Shown here one piece after another: positions 29,676 to 38,324 of a stretch of DNA of 64,000 bases. Source of the stretch: Candidatus Roizmanbacteria bacterium (lineage in GTDB: Bacteria > Patescibacteriota > Microgenomatia > UBA1406); assembly GCA_024654535.1 (NCBI GenBank), contig JANLHL010000016.1:32626-96625 (forward strand), written 5' to 3'. Numbering within the stretch: the stretch's first letter is position 1; the number at the start of each line of letters is the position of its first letter. Both the position numbers and the translations under genes were made by a program. A model generated the notes under the pieces. It had not been told where the DNA came from. It saw nothing but the letters and a program-made list of their open reading frames with translations, and did not search any database.

Positions 29676-29963
29676 ATGACAACAGATTCAATATTTCGGG
29701 CAAGTAAGAAAATCACAAAGGATGGTTTTGGATCGTGCGTGGTTTATTACATGAAGCCAAATACCGTAGAACAAAAACATTTTCATGATTGCACAGAGGT
29801 ACTCTATATAGTGAAAGGTAGTTGCAAAACCCATACACAAGGTAATGTATACCTATATAAGAAAGGTCAAGTGCATCAAGTAATAAATGACTCGAACGAA
29901 GAGCTTGTATTTGTGTGTCTGACAATCCCGCCAGAGACCGAAAAAAACACGCACTATGTTTAG
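29676..29963 (+). CDS. Cupin domain protein
   Basis: HFH..E..YIVKG ... H.V.N cupin motifs. Confidence 0.8.
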   Translation: MTTDSIFRASKKITKDGFGSCVVYYMKPNTVEQKHFHDCTEVLYIVKGSCKTHTQGNVYLYKKGQVHQVINDSNEELVFVCLTIPPETEKNTHYV

Positions 29964-29990
29964 AATTATCTGTAGGTGAATGAACGTCTA

Positions 29991-30566
29991 TTACAGTGAC
30001 TTAGCTTGGGATTGTGGTCTTATAACGAGCAGTACAATAATCAAGTTTATTAGCATAATGTAGACTGGATATGCATATTGATCTACCACCCAGACTTTTA
30101 TTGCCATAAGGCTAAAGAGAGCAGCAAAGATGCCGAGCATATAGTATGTCCAGACTTCGGTGTGAGGTAGTCGATACGTTTTCAATATCGTTGGGATTAC
30201 GCCAGTAAAATCTGCACCAATTGCGAAATATAAAGCGATGCGTGGATTGTCGGTAATTTTCCACAATAGAATACCTAGTAGCGCCAAAAGTAAGCATAGT
30301 ACGTCGGTTTTTCCCCACCCTCCCATGCCATACTTTATACTGAGTATAAAAATAGCTATAGATTGGAGTGTCAATACGGCAGCAAGGTATATGGCAACAG
30401 TATTGTGCTGAGCAAACAAAGAAGCGGTGGTGAGACTTGTAATTATCAGCAGCACTAGCCGTGTGGTTCGGTGTGGTTTTGCTTTTCCTTTAAAAATAGC
30501 TATCGAATATACAATTGGGGATATAAGAGCGATAGTGCTACTTATCAAGATAAATATATGCTGCAT
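29991..30566 (-). CDS. Hypothetical multi-TM membrane protein
   Basis: About 7 hydrophobic segments; start moved to 30566. Confidence 0.7.
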   Translation of the reverse strand: MQHIFILISSTIALISPIVYSIAIFKGKAKPHRTTRLVLLIITSLTTASLFAQHNTVAIYLAAVLTLQSIAIFILSIKYGMGGWGKTDVLCLLLALLGILLWKITDNPRIALYFAIGADFTGVIPTILKTYRLPHTEVWTYYMLGIFAALFSLMAIKVWVVDQYAYPVYIMLINLIIVLLVIRPQSQAKSL

Positions 30567-30686
30567 ACTCTTTAGTATACACTGAGGTAGTGTAACTATA
30601 TAAGAGCGTATGCAGCTACACACATTCCGGTTACTATAGTAAGCCTATAGTATTGATATTGCTGTTCAATTTCTATATACTATAGT

Positions 30687-31967
30687 ATGGCAATACTATC
30701 TGAAAATGGACAGTCGATTATGAATAGGAGAGTAGCTTGTCAACTTCCATTCTATTTAGCAGGGCTTGCTATTGGTGGATTTTGGAAAGATGATACTGCT
30801 GAAGCAGCTGGATTGGCACCTGTGCAGCAAGCTGATATCTCGTTCCCAGAGCCAAATCCAGAGGCGTACTTGTATGAACCGTATCGCGTATTTCTTCCCG
30901 GATTTTCGGGCGGTGGTAGATCTTTAACCGCTATTCGTAGCCACCTGCATACTGAGTTTGGTAACAATGTTTTTGTTCCTTCATCGATATCAACCAATGT
31001 TTCAGTAAAAGCTGGTGAAGTAGATCTTACTGATCACTCTAGGGTATTAGGGCATACTATTGCGACAGGCGCGCATAACACGAATATACACATTGTTGCA
31101 CATTCATTGGGAAGCGTAGAAAATGCATTGATACTTGATGCCTTATTAGACGACCCTGATTGGAGTGGTAAAGAGATTAAACTGACGTTTATGGCAGGGC
31201 TAGGTTTTGCAGAAAATGGCATGTCTGGAATATCTCAAACAGCGTACAGAGTGTTTGAGATGGTAAACAATGTTACTGCAGTTGAACAACATATGGCGTA
31301 TCCACTACCTGAAGCATATTATAGTGTTAATCCACCCGAAGATCCTGAAGATTCAGAAATTGAAACTATATTTACTGATTCACCTGAACAAAGATTCCAA
31401 AGAAGAGCGTGGTTTGAAAAACAGCTAGAAATTATGGAACCAGATATGAAAGACGATATTCTCACCAATCTAGCGAATATTGACGGTATGATTGCAATGG
31501 CAATTACTGAAAATAACGATGAAGAACTAAACGACGCTTTGTCACAGAGAGAAAAGATACTCAAGTCACTTATCCAGCTTTTTTTCGACGAAAAGAATAT
31601 TTCTGAGGAGTTGCACGGAAAGTATAGAGATTTGTATGGCGAGACCAAGGATAACCTTGCAACAACAATACAGTACTACACTGCTGCATTAGCTTTTTTT
31701 GCTAGAACCGCATCCATCGTGAATGAAGGTATGTATACGAAACTCAGGGAGCTTATAGAAAAAGCAGAGGCAAGGGGAGTAGATATTAAAATAGATTTTG
31801 CACTTTTGGAAAGGGATTTTATCGTGCAAGAAAGTGATATTTTAATGATAAGAGAGGGTTTTGAAGAGGCTGGAATTTCAGATAATCTTGGTCAATTTTC
31901 ATTCTTACAACAGTATGCTCATGCATCAATTGCGTACATGCCAGACGTATTGGGTAAAATTTTTTAA
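30687..31967 (+). CDS. Putative alpha/beta hydrolase-fold protein
   Basis: FLPGF oxyanion-like motif, VAHSLG nucleophile elbow, C-terminal His (YAHAS). Confidence 0.55.
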   Translation: MAILSENGQSIMNRRVACQLPFYLAGLAIGGFWKDDTAEAAGLAPVQQADISFPEPNPEAYLYEPYRVFLPGFSGGGRSLTAIRSHLHTEFGNNVFVPSSISTNVSVKAGEVDLTDHSRVLGHTIATGAHNTNIHIVAHSLGSVENALILDALLDDPDWSGKEIKLTFMAGLGFAENGMSGISQTAYRVFEMVNNVTAVEQHMAYPLPEAYYSVNPPEDPEDSEIETIFTDSPEQRFQRRAWFEKQLEIMEPDMKDDILTNLANIDGMIAMAITENNDEELNDALSQREKILKSLIQLFFDEKNISEELHGKYRDLYGETKDNLATTIQYYTAALAFFARTASIVNEGMYTKLRELIEKAEARGVDIKIDFALLERDFIVQESDILMIREGFEEAGISDNLGQFSFLQQYAHASIAYMPDVLGKIF

Positions 31968-31998
31968 GGCTAAACTAGCCTAGTGTTATAATAATTTT

Positions 31999-32832
31999 AT
32001 GGAAGCTAATGACGTTAGTGTAAATCTACAGATAAAAAAGTGTATAAACTTACTTAAAATTATCTTAAAGGATGATTTGCTCGGTTTTTATTTGTATGGT
32101 TCTTTACTTTTCGGCGGACTTCAAAAATATAGCGATATAGATTTATTTGCTATTTCAAAGAGAGAAGCTACCAGGAGTGAAAAAGCACAATTAGAAAAAA
32201 CTTTACTGAATATTTCAGGAATTTACGCAGTAAGTAAAGACCAGAAACCAATCGAACTTACGGTTGTTGTTCGATCTGATATTTACCCTTGGCAATATCC
32301 GCCTAAATTTGATTTTCTCTATGGAGATTGGCTTCGTGGTGAATTTGAAGCTGGAAATATAGAACCTTGGCACTCTAAAGTTTTGCCTAATCTTGCTTTA
32401 GTAATAACCCAGCTTTTGCTTTCAAACAGAGTATTATTTGGCCCAAGTCCAAATCAACTTCTTGCGGCTGTTCCATACAAAGATTTTTTTATTGCAACTA
32501 CCTCAGAAATTGATAGCTTGATGGCAGATCTTAACAACGATACTCGCAATGTCTTATTAACACTTGCAAGGATATGGTATACAGTTGAAACAGATACAAT
32601 AGCTTCTAAGTCTACAGCTGCAGCGTGGGCAATTGATAAATTAACTGATAAATACAAGCCTCTGATGCAGAGAGCTCGAGCTATTTATTTAGGAATAGAA
32701 CAAGAGCACTGGGGCGATATGTCAACGCAGCTGCAACCGTGTGCAGATTATATTGTGAAGAAAATCAGAGAACAAACGTCGCACTTAAATACTTATGATT
32801 ATCAAAACAGAACTATCTCGTTGGCCAAATAA
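31999..32832 (+). CDS. Aminoglycoside adenylyltransferase, AadA/ANT(9)-like
   Basis: LYGS..GGL..SDIDL, PWQYPP..F.YGDWLR, DTRNVLLTLARIW, SK..AA.W. Confidence 0.85.
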   Translation: MEANDVSVNLQIKKCINLLKIILKDDLLGFYLYGSLLFGGLQKYSDIDLFAISKREATRSEKAQLEKTLLNISGIYAVSKDQKPIELTVVVRSDIYPWQYPPKFDFLYGDWLRGEFEAGNIEPWHSKVLPNLALVITQLLLSNRVLFGPSPNQLLAAVPYKDFFIATTSEIDSLMADLNNDTRNVLLTLARIWYTVETDTIASKSTAAAWAIDKLTDKYKPLMQRARAIYLGIEQEHWGDMSTQLQPCADYIVKKIREQTSHLNTYDYQNRTISLAK

Positions 32833-32952
32833 AAATGTAAATGCTTTGGGGGTGGGTTAGCGAACGATGTTCGGACCTATTACAGCAATTTATCGCTAAA
32901 AGAAATTGAGTTTTATAGAAAAGCCTATTTAACTATTTGATATGCTTAGAGC

Positions 32953-33774
32953 ATGAAGAAATTAACAGATTATCCAGAATTAGACAAAGTATTTTATGAA
33001 TTGGCTTATGCCTATAAAATGGCACTCGGTGAAAATTTTGTAGGACTCTATATACAAGGTTCACTTGCAGTTGGAGATTTTGATATGACAAGCGATGTAG
33101 ATTTTACCGTGATAATAAATCACGATTTAACAGAAGAAGAAGTAAGAAAAGTTCAGGAAGTGCATACCAAATTTATAAATAGGGATATCAGATGGGTAAA
33201 GCATCTAGAATATTCATTCTTTCCATTACCAAAATTTAAGATACATTCTTCCCGCTTTGAAAATGGCAAAGAAAATAACACAGAGGAACGAAAGCTTTGG
33301 TACTTTGATAATGGGCATAAAGAAATTGAAAGAAATGATCATGATAATACTTTAGTAGTTCGCTGGGAAGTTAGAGAAAAGGGAATTACTGTTCTAGGTC
33401 CTGATCCTAAAACTTTAATAGACCCAGTAACACCAGACGATTTGCGAAAAGAGATAAAAGAATTTCATGAAGTATGGACTCCTGGTTTCTTGGCTAATCC
33501 TGATGAATGGGAGAACAGATTTTACCAAGTCTTCTTCGTTTTGCATTTTTGTAGAGCTTTACAAGATTTAGAAGAGGGAAAAATCACTTCAAAAAAGGAA
33601 GCCATGGAATGGGGTAAGAAAAACCTTGATTCCAAATGGCATGATCTTATAGATTATTCATGGAACGAACGAAAAGATGAAAATATCTCTAACAAACAGC
33701 CAGCAAATCATGAAAGATGGTTAGAAACACTCGAATTTGTAAAATATGCTTTAGAAAAAATAAAAGAACAATAG
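32953..33774 (+). CDS. Nucleotidyltransferase with DUF4111-type C-domain (AadA-like superfamily)
   Basis: YIQGSLAVGDF..SDVDF; GPDP; CRAL...SKKEA.EW. Confidence 0.75.
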   Translation: MKKLTDYPELDKVFYELAYAYKMALGENFVGLYIQGSLAVGDFDMTSDVDFTVIINHDLTEEEVRKVQEVHTKFINRDIRWVKHLEYSFFPLPKFKIHSSRFENGKENNTEERKLWYFDNGHKEIERNDHDNTLVVRWEVREKGITVLGPDPKTLIDPVTPDDLRKEIKEFHEVWTPGFLANPDEWENRFYQVFFVLHFCRALQDLEEGKITSKKEAMEWGKKNLDSKWHDLIDYSWNERKDENISNKQPANHERWLETLEFVKYALEKIKEQ

Positions 33775-33834
33775 TATAGCTCAAAAAGGTTCGAACTTAA
33801 CATTCTGGGTGGCAAAAATCGAGGCGAAATTTCT

Positions 33835-33912
33835 TGGGGTGGCTGACCGGACTTGAACCGGCAACCTCCTGCTTCACAGGCAGGCGCTCTAACCAATTGA
33901 GCTACAGCCACC
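33835..33912 (-). tRNA. tRNA-His(GUG), intact, with encoded G-1 and CCA
   Basis: Reverse complement GGTGGCTGTAGCTCAATTGGTTAGAGCGCCTGCCTGTGAAGCAGGAGGTTGCCGGTTCAAGTCCGGTCAGCCACCCCA. Confidence 0.95.
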
Positions 33913-34158
33913 AATAGAATCTGCAATCTGTTTTCTTATTAACTCTCTGCCCTTTCCTGACTTTAAAAACTTCTCTCTTTTTCTAGCGTCTTTCTCACTT
34001 AAATATGCCTCATAGTATATCAATTTTAAAGGCAATCTGCTTTTAGTTGATTCATTTAAGCCGTTGTTATGAGCTTCAATTCTTCTTTTCAGATTTTTAC
34101 TAAAACCAGTATATTGTTTGTTATCCCTTTGTGACAATAATATGTAAACGTAAAACAT
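33889..34158 (-). CDS. Small GIY-YIG endonuclease
   Basis: MFYVYIL..YTGF..NLKRR..HN...LIYYE....A..RE..LK; last codons and stop lie inside tRNA-His. Confidence 0.9.
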   Translation of the reverse strand: MFYVYILLSQRDNKQYTGFSKNLKRRIEAHNNGLNESTKSRLPLKLIYYEAYLSEKDARKREKFLKSGKGRELIRKQIADSIGGCSSIG

Positions 34159-34161
34159 TGT

Positions 34162-34219
34162 CTCCTGCTTCACAGCCCGCCTCAGGCGGGTCTAACCAAT
34201 TGAGCTACAGCCACCAATA
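34162..34219 (-). repeat. Duplicated 5' part of tRNA-His interrupted by palindrome CCCGCC-TCA-GGCGGG
   Basis: 34191-34219 = 33888-33916 (29 bp); 34162-34175 = 33866-33879 (14 bp); palindrome at 34176-34190. Confidence 0.92.
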
Positions 34220-34288
34220 ACAGTATATTTTACCATGAACCTTTTCGTTACGCTTGTTCGGAAATGTGTCTGCTATAATATCTGTAGT

Positions 34289-34362
34289 GCTCCTATAGCT
34301 CAGGTGGATAGAGCGACCGCCTTCTAAGCGGTAGGTCAGAGGTTCGAGTCCTCTTGGGAGCA
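34289..34362 (+). tRNA. tRNA-Arg(UCU)
   Basis: ACCGC-CTTCTAA-GCGGT anticodon arm, GGTTCGAGTCC; upstream TGCTATAAT. Confidence 0.95.
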
Positions 34363-34363
34363 C

Positions 34364-35056
34364 CTATCTCATTTGTATGTCGAATTCGGTATCTGGCGGC
34401 TGAATTGAAACAAGTGCGTTTGTTACCTCATCTATAGCAGGGTAAAACCCATGACCGTATATATCACCACTCTTAGGACCAAATATATGAGAATAAGTAT
34501 CTTCTTTACTCGGTATAAAGATAGCCCATGACGCCTGGTCACGTAATTCATCATTTTTTCCAAGTACCATGGATGCGGTATTAAATAATCTACCAAATGG
34601 ATAATTTGCTAAAAGAAAATAGTCACTTGATCTGGCATAAACATAACCGATTCTTCCATCTCCATGTGTATTACTTCTAGCTCTCGCACCATTTTGTTCA
34701 AGTACTCCTATACCATACACGGTTGGAATAGTTTTAACTTTATACATAGAACTTACTGGGTTTTCTGGGAATGATATACTATCGCCATCAGCATATCCAA
34801 GATTTTCTGCTATATCCATTCCAATTCCTAGTGCTAACGCCGCTTTTGCTGCTGCATCAATATACGCATACATATGAGGGAAATTTAATTTCTTAATTTG
34901 CCTATATGCATCTGCAACTAATGTTGGTTTATCATGGGTAAATAGTAAATCAGGACTAAATGCTATGTTACTCTCACCCGATGGCACTCCAGAAGGATCT
35001 GGTCCATTCATGTATCTTGATCGTAGATAATTTTCAACATCATCAATTATAGTCAT
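34364..35056 (-). CDS. Hypothetical protein
   Basis: 230-aa ORF between two tRNAs; no recognised motif. Confidence 0.6.
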   Translation of the reverse strand: MTIIDDVENYLRSRYMNGPDPSGVPSGESNIAFSPDLLFTHDKPTLVADAYRQIKKLNFPHMYAYIDAAAKAALALGIGMDIAENLGYADGDSISFPENPVSSMYKVKTIPTVYGIGVLEQNGARARSNTHGDGRIGYVYARSSDYFLLANYPFGRLFNTASMVLGKNDELRDQASWAIFIPSKEDTYSHIFGPKSGDIYGHGFYPAIDEVTNALVSIQPPDTEFDIQMR

Positions 35057-35124
35057 ATCCTATAGTTTACATCATTTTCTATTCTATTACAATAGTTGCG
35101 TATGGATTGGTATAATTATGTATC

Positions 35125-35199
35125 GGGTCTGTAGCTCAATGGTAGAGCAGCGGCCTCTTAAGCCGTTGGTTGAGGGTTCGAGCCCCTCCGGACCCACCA
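35125..35199 (+). tRNA. tRNA-Lys(CUU)
   Basis: GCGGC-CTCTTAA-GCCGT anticodon arm, encoded CCA; upstream TGGTATAAT. Confidence 0.95.
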
Positions 35200-35225
35200 C
35201 CACTATTGCAAGAATGCAATAGTGG
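35200..35225 (+). terminator. Hairpin after tRNA-Lys
   Basis: CCACTATTGCA-agaa-TGCAATAGTGG perfect 11-bp stem, but no U-tract. Confidence 0.45.
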
Positions 35226-35366
35226 AATGTCCAATATCAAATATCCAATATCCAAACTTCGCTAATTCTTTGGTGAGAGAGCCACTACCCGGCTTACGTT
35301 ATATTGTTTGCATACGGCAATTTGTCCTGTTTGTTTCTTATCTGAATTTTATCTATAATGGAGTGC

Positions 35367-36755
35367 ATGGATAAGCTTGAACGCAATACACTCGACAATC
35401 CACCTGCATTTAAGAAACTTCTTGGTCCGAGTTTTATACTGCTAGGCTTAGGTTTAGGAAGTGGAGAATTGATTTTGTGGCCATTTCTGACAAGTAATTA
35501 TGGGCTCGGTATTATATGGGGTGCAGTAATTGGAATAACCCTTCAGTTTTTTATAAACATGGAAATAAGCCGCTATAGCCTTGTCAACGGTGAAAGTATA
35601 TTTGTAGGTTATGCACGAAAATTGAAATACTTACCTGTGTGGTTTTTACTATCTACTTTTTTACCCTGGATATGGCCCGGCATAATAGCTTCAAGTGCTA
35701 AAGTAATTGTAACTGTCTTAAATACAGGAACCGTAGCTCAGGTTGCTATTATAGAGCTTATAGCAATAGGATTGCTCTTATCTCTTGGTCCATCGCTGTA
35801 TAAAACAGTAGAGAAATTTCAAAAGATCCTTATAGGGTTTGGTGTGCCTACAATTGCGCTATTTGCATTGTATTTGGCCTCCTCAACCGATTTTTTGTCT
35901 TTGGCAAAGGGGATAGTTGGCGTAGGAAATAATTACATGTTTTTACCTGAAGGGATTTCAATCGCAACTTTCTTGGCTGCCTTTGCATATTCTGGTGCAG
36001 GTGGAAACCTAAATCTTGCACAGTCGTTTTATATCAAAGAGAAGGAATATGGAATGGGAAAATATTCTGGAAAAATATCGAGCCTTATTACTGGGAAGTC
36101 TCAGGGGAGCTCAATTACCGGTTCAACCTATGAAGATACTCCTGAAAACAGATTGAAGATGAAAGAGTGGTGGAATAAAATAAATGTTGAGCATCTTGTC
36201 GTATTCTGGTTTACTGGTGCAATCACGATTTTGTTACTCGCATTGCTCGCTTATTCCACAACGTATGGGTTGAAATCAAATATTACAGGGATTAATTTTG
36301 TTATTAGTGAGGCCGCAGTTATTGGTTCTAGAACGTTTGAATTTTTTGGGTTTCTGTTTTTAATACTTGTAGGACTTATGCTTTTTGGAACTCAGCTGAC
36401 TGTACTCGATGCTACGAGTAGAATTTTGACAGAAAACGTACTTATTCTTAAAAGTAGATTGAAGACACTGAGCGCATCAAAAATGTATTATCTGTTCCTG
36501 TGGTTTCAAATAGTAAGTGGCATAACGGTGTTTATGTTAGGTTTTACAGAGCCGTTACAACTTTTAATCATATCTGCGGTTCTCAATGCATTCGCTATGT
36601 TTGTGCACGTTTCTTTAACATTGTGGGTCAATACTACACTTTTAAATAAAAGCATCATGCCAAGCATGTTTAGAATAAGTATGCTAGTACTAGCAATTTG
36701 TTTCTATGGTGGGTTTAGTTTATACATACTACTGAACTATCTTAAAATCGTATAA
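35367..36755 (+). CDS. NRAMP-like/APC-superfamily transporter
   Basis: LGPSFIL.GLGLGSGELILWP motif, many TM segments; start moved to 35367. Confidence 0.75.
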   Translation: MDKLERNTLDNPPAFKKLLGPSFILLGLGLGSGELILWPFLTSNYGLGIIWGAVIGITLQFFINMEISRYSLVNGESIFVGYARKLKYLPVWFLLSTFLPWIWPGIIASSAKVIVTVLNTGTVAQVAIIELIAIGLLLSLGPSLYKTVEKFQKILIGFGVPTIALFALYLASSTDFLSLAKGIVGVGNNYMFLPEGISIATFLAAFAYSGAGGNLNLAQSFYIKEKEYGMGKYSGKISSLITGKSQGSSITGSTYEDTPENRLKMKEWWNKINVEHLVVFWFTGAITILLLALLAYSTTYGLKSNITGINFVISEAAVIGSRTFEFFGFLFLILVGLMLFGTQLTVLDATSRILTENVLILKSRLKTLSASKMYYLFLWFQIVSGITVFMLGFTEPLQLLIISAVLNAFAMFVHVSLTLWVNTTLLNKSIMPSMFRISMLVLAICFYGGFSLYILLNYLKIV

Positions 36756-36776
36756 ATATTATTTTGCTGAATTGCT

Positions 36777-38291
36777 ATGAACAAAAAAATATTACACATA
36801 CTACTTTTTGTAGGGATTGTGCTCAATGCGTGCATAGCGACAATTATCCTCTTCAAACAAAATATCATCTATTATCCAGACGCAGCGCGTGATTTTTTGT
36901 TGCTTCGAGAGATCGTCACAACTAACCCGATCATGCTTATTGGTGAACGAACTGGTTTGGCAAGCATTTATCATGGACCATTGTGGTTGTATCTCAATGT
37001 ACCCGCTTTTATTTTGGGTAAAGGTAATCCGGTAGTAATGGGGTGGTTTTGGTTTATTTTATATTGTGCTCTGATAGGCATTGTTTATAGTGTTGCTAAG
37101 AGGATGTATACAACAACTGCAGGTCTGCTTGCAGCTTTTTTGGTATCGGGCATGTATGCATACCATGTACCGTTTATGTATAATCCGCACGGTGCCCTTT
37201 TAGTAATGCCGATATTCTTTTATTTTTTTGTTGCGTTTGTAAGAAAACACACCGTAAAGCTTGCGTTTCTTTCTTTTTTCTTCTTGGGTTTGATCTTTCA
37301 GTTTGAAATGGCTTTTGCGATACCCATACTTTTTCTTTCAAGTATCATCTGTCTGGCCACGGCTATAAAAGTGAAAAACTACAAACTTATACCTTTTGCT
37401 TTTCTTGGTATGTTGCCCGGTTTAAGTACATTTATACTGTTTGATAGTACTCATGATTTTTTACAATCAAAAGGCTTCCTCGCGTTTTTGTTTCATTCGG
37501 GGAATAGTAGACCCCTATTTACATACGGGGGATTTCTATCTGAGCGTTTACATTTGGCGCTGACAACAGGGCTAGGAGATTTCACCGGTGGGAATGTAGT
37601 ACTAGCAGTTAGTCTGATCGCGTTTTTTGTTTGGTATTTTGTAAAAGGAAAAAGGAATACAAACTTATATTCAGGATTAAAGGTTGGCATTACTTTTTAT
37701 ATAGGTTTTTGGATTACAACGCTTTTGTATGGTGGCATGATGTGGCCATTTTATCATTGGCCAATTGCGCTCATGTTCATAATTGTTTTTTCTGGAATTG
37801 TTACGAGTAATATGAACAAGTATGTATGGATTGCTGTAATACCGTTTATTATAGTAGTCTTGTTTCGTCAAGCAAACACTGCATACAGTTCGTATTTGTT
37901 TTCAGATGCATCACCTAGTTCTTGGAAATTATATCGTTCTATAGCAGAAAAGAGCCTTCAGAGTGTGAAAGGGGAGAGTGGTTATTTTGTGTTTAACACT
38001 GATCTAGTAGGATATACTGTTCGATATGCGATGGAGTATGCTGCCAAAGAGCAAGCTAAAAGTACACTGTACAATACAAAAATGAAGAACACTTTTTTAA
38101 TTGAATTGTCCGTAAGCGATCCTTCGTTAGATTTTAATTGGTGGCGCAAAAATATGGTCCGCATTACTAAAAAACCTCAAAATAGCACCAAATATTCACA
38201 ATCAATACGGGTGTATCAGTATGAATTGACGAAAGAAGAACAAAACTTCGCTGCAGACAGTTCTCTAACAAATAACTTGCTATTTAGATAG
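36777..38291 (+). CDS. GT-C fold (ArnT/PMT-like) membrane glycosyltransferase
   Basis: DAARD after TM1, YHGPLW.YL, YNPH; polytopic. Confidence 0.7.
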   Translation: MNKKILHILLFVGIVLNACIATIILFKQNIIYYPDAARDFLLLREIVTTNPIMLIGERTGLASIYHGPLWLYLNVPAFILGKGNPVVMGWFWFILYCALIGIVYSVAKRMYTTTAGLLAAFLVSGMYAYHVPFMYNPHGALLVMPIFFYFFVAFVRKHTVKLAFLSFFFLGLIFQFEMAFAIPILFLSSIICLATAIKVKNYKLIPFAFLGMLPGLSTFILFDSTHDFLQSKGFLAFLFHSGNSRPLFTYGGFLSERLHLALTTGLGDFTGGNVVLAVSLIAFFVWYFVKGKRNTNLYSGLKVGITFYIGFWITTLLYGGMMWPFYHWPIALMFIIVFSGIVTSNMNKYVWIAVIPFIIVVLFRQANTAYSSYLFSDASPSSWKLYRSIAEKSLQSVKGESGYFVFNTDLVGYTVRYAMEYAAKEQAKSTLYNTKMKNTFLIELSVSDPSLDFNWWRKNMVRITKKPQNSTKYSQSIRVYQYELTKEEQNFAADSSLTNNLLFR

Positions 38292-38324
38292 CTATAATAT
38301 TCGTTGTAGTTCACTAGTACTGTA

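Noticed and set aside
33708..33926. 72-aa ORF (VAQLVRAPACEAGG...)
   Set aside because: It is a translation of the tRNA-His gene.
33835..34219. Interpretation as a tRNA intron carrying a homing endonuclease, or as a CRISPR mini-array
   Set aside because: The downstream tRNA-His is complete without splicing, there is no room for a ribozyme core outside the ORF, and there are only two repeat copies with no cas genes.
28800..35340. Prophage, integron or defence island in the accessory region
   Set aside because: No integrase, transposase, phage structural gene, attC array or recognisable defence gene was seen.
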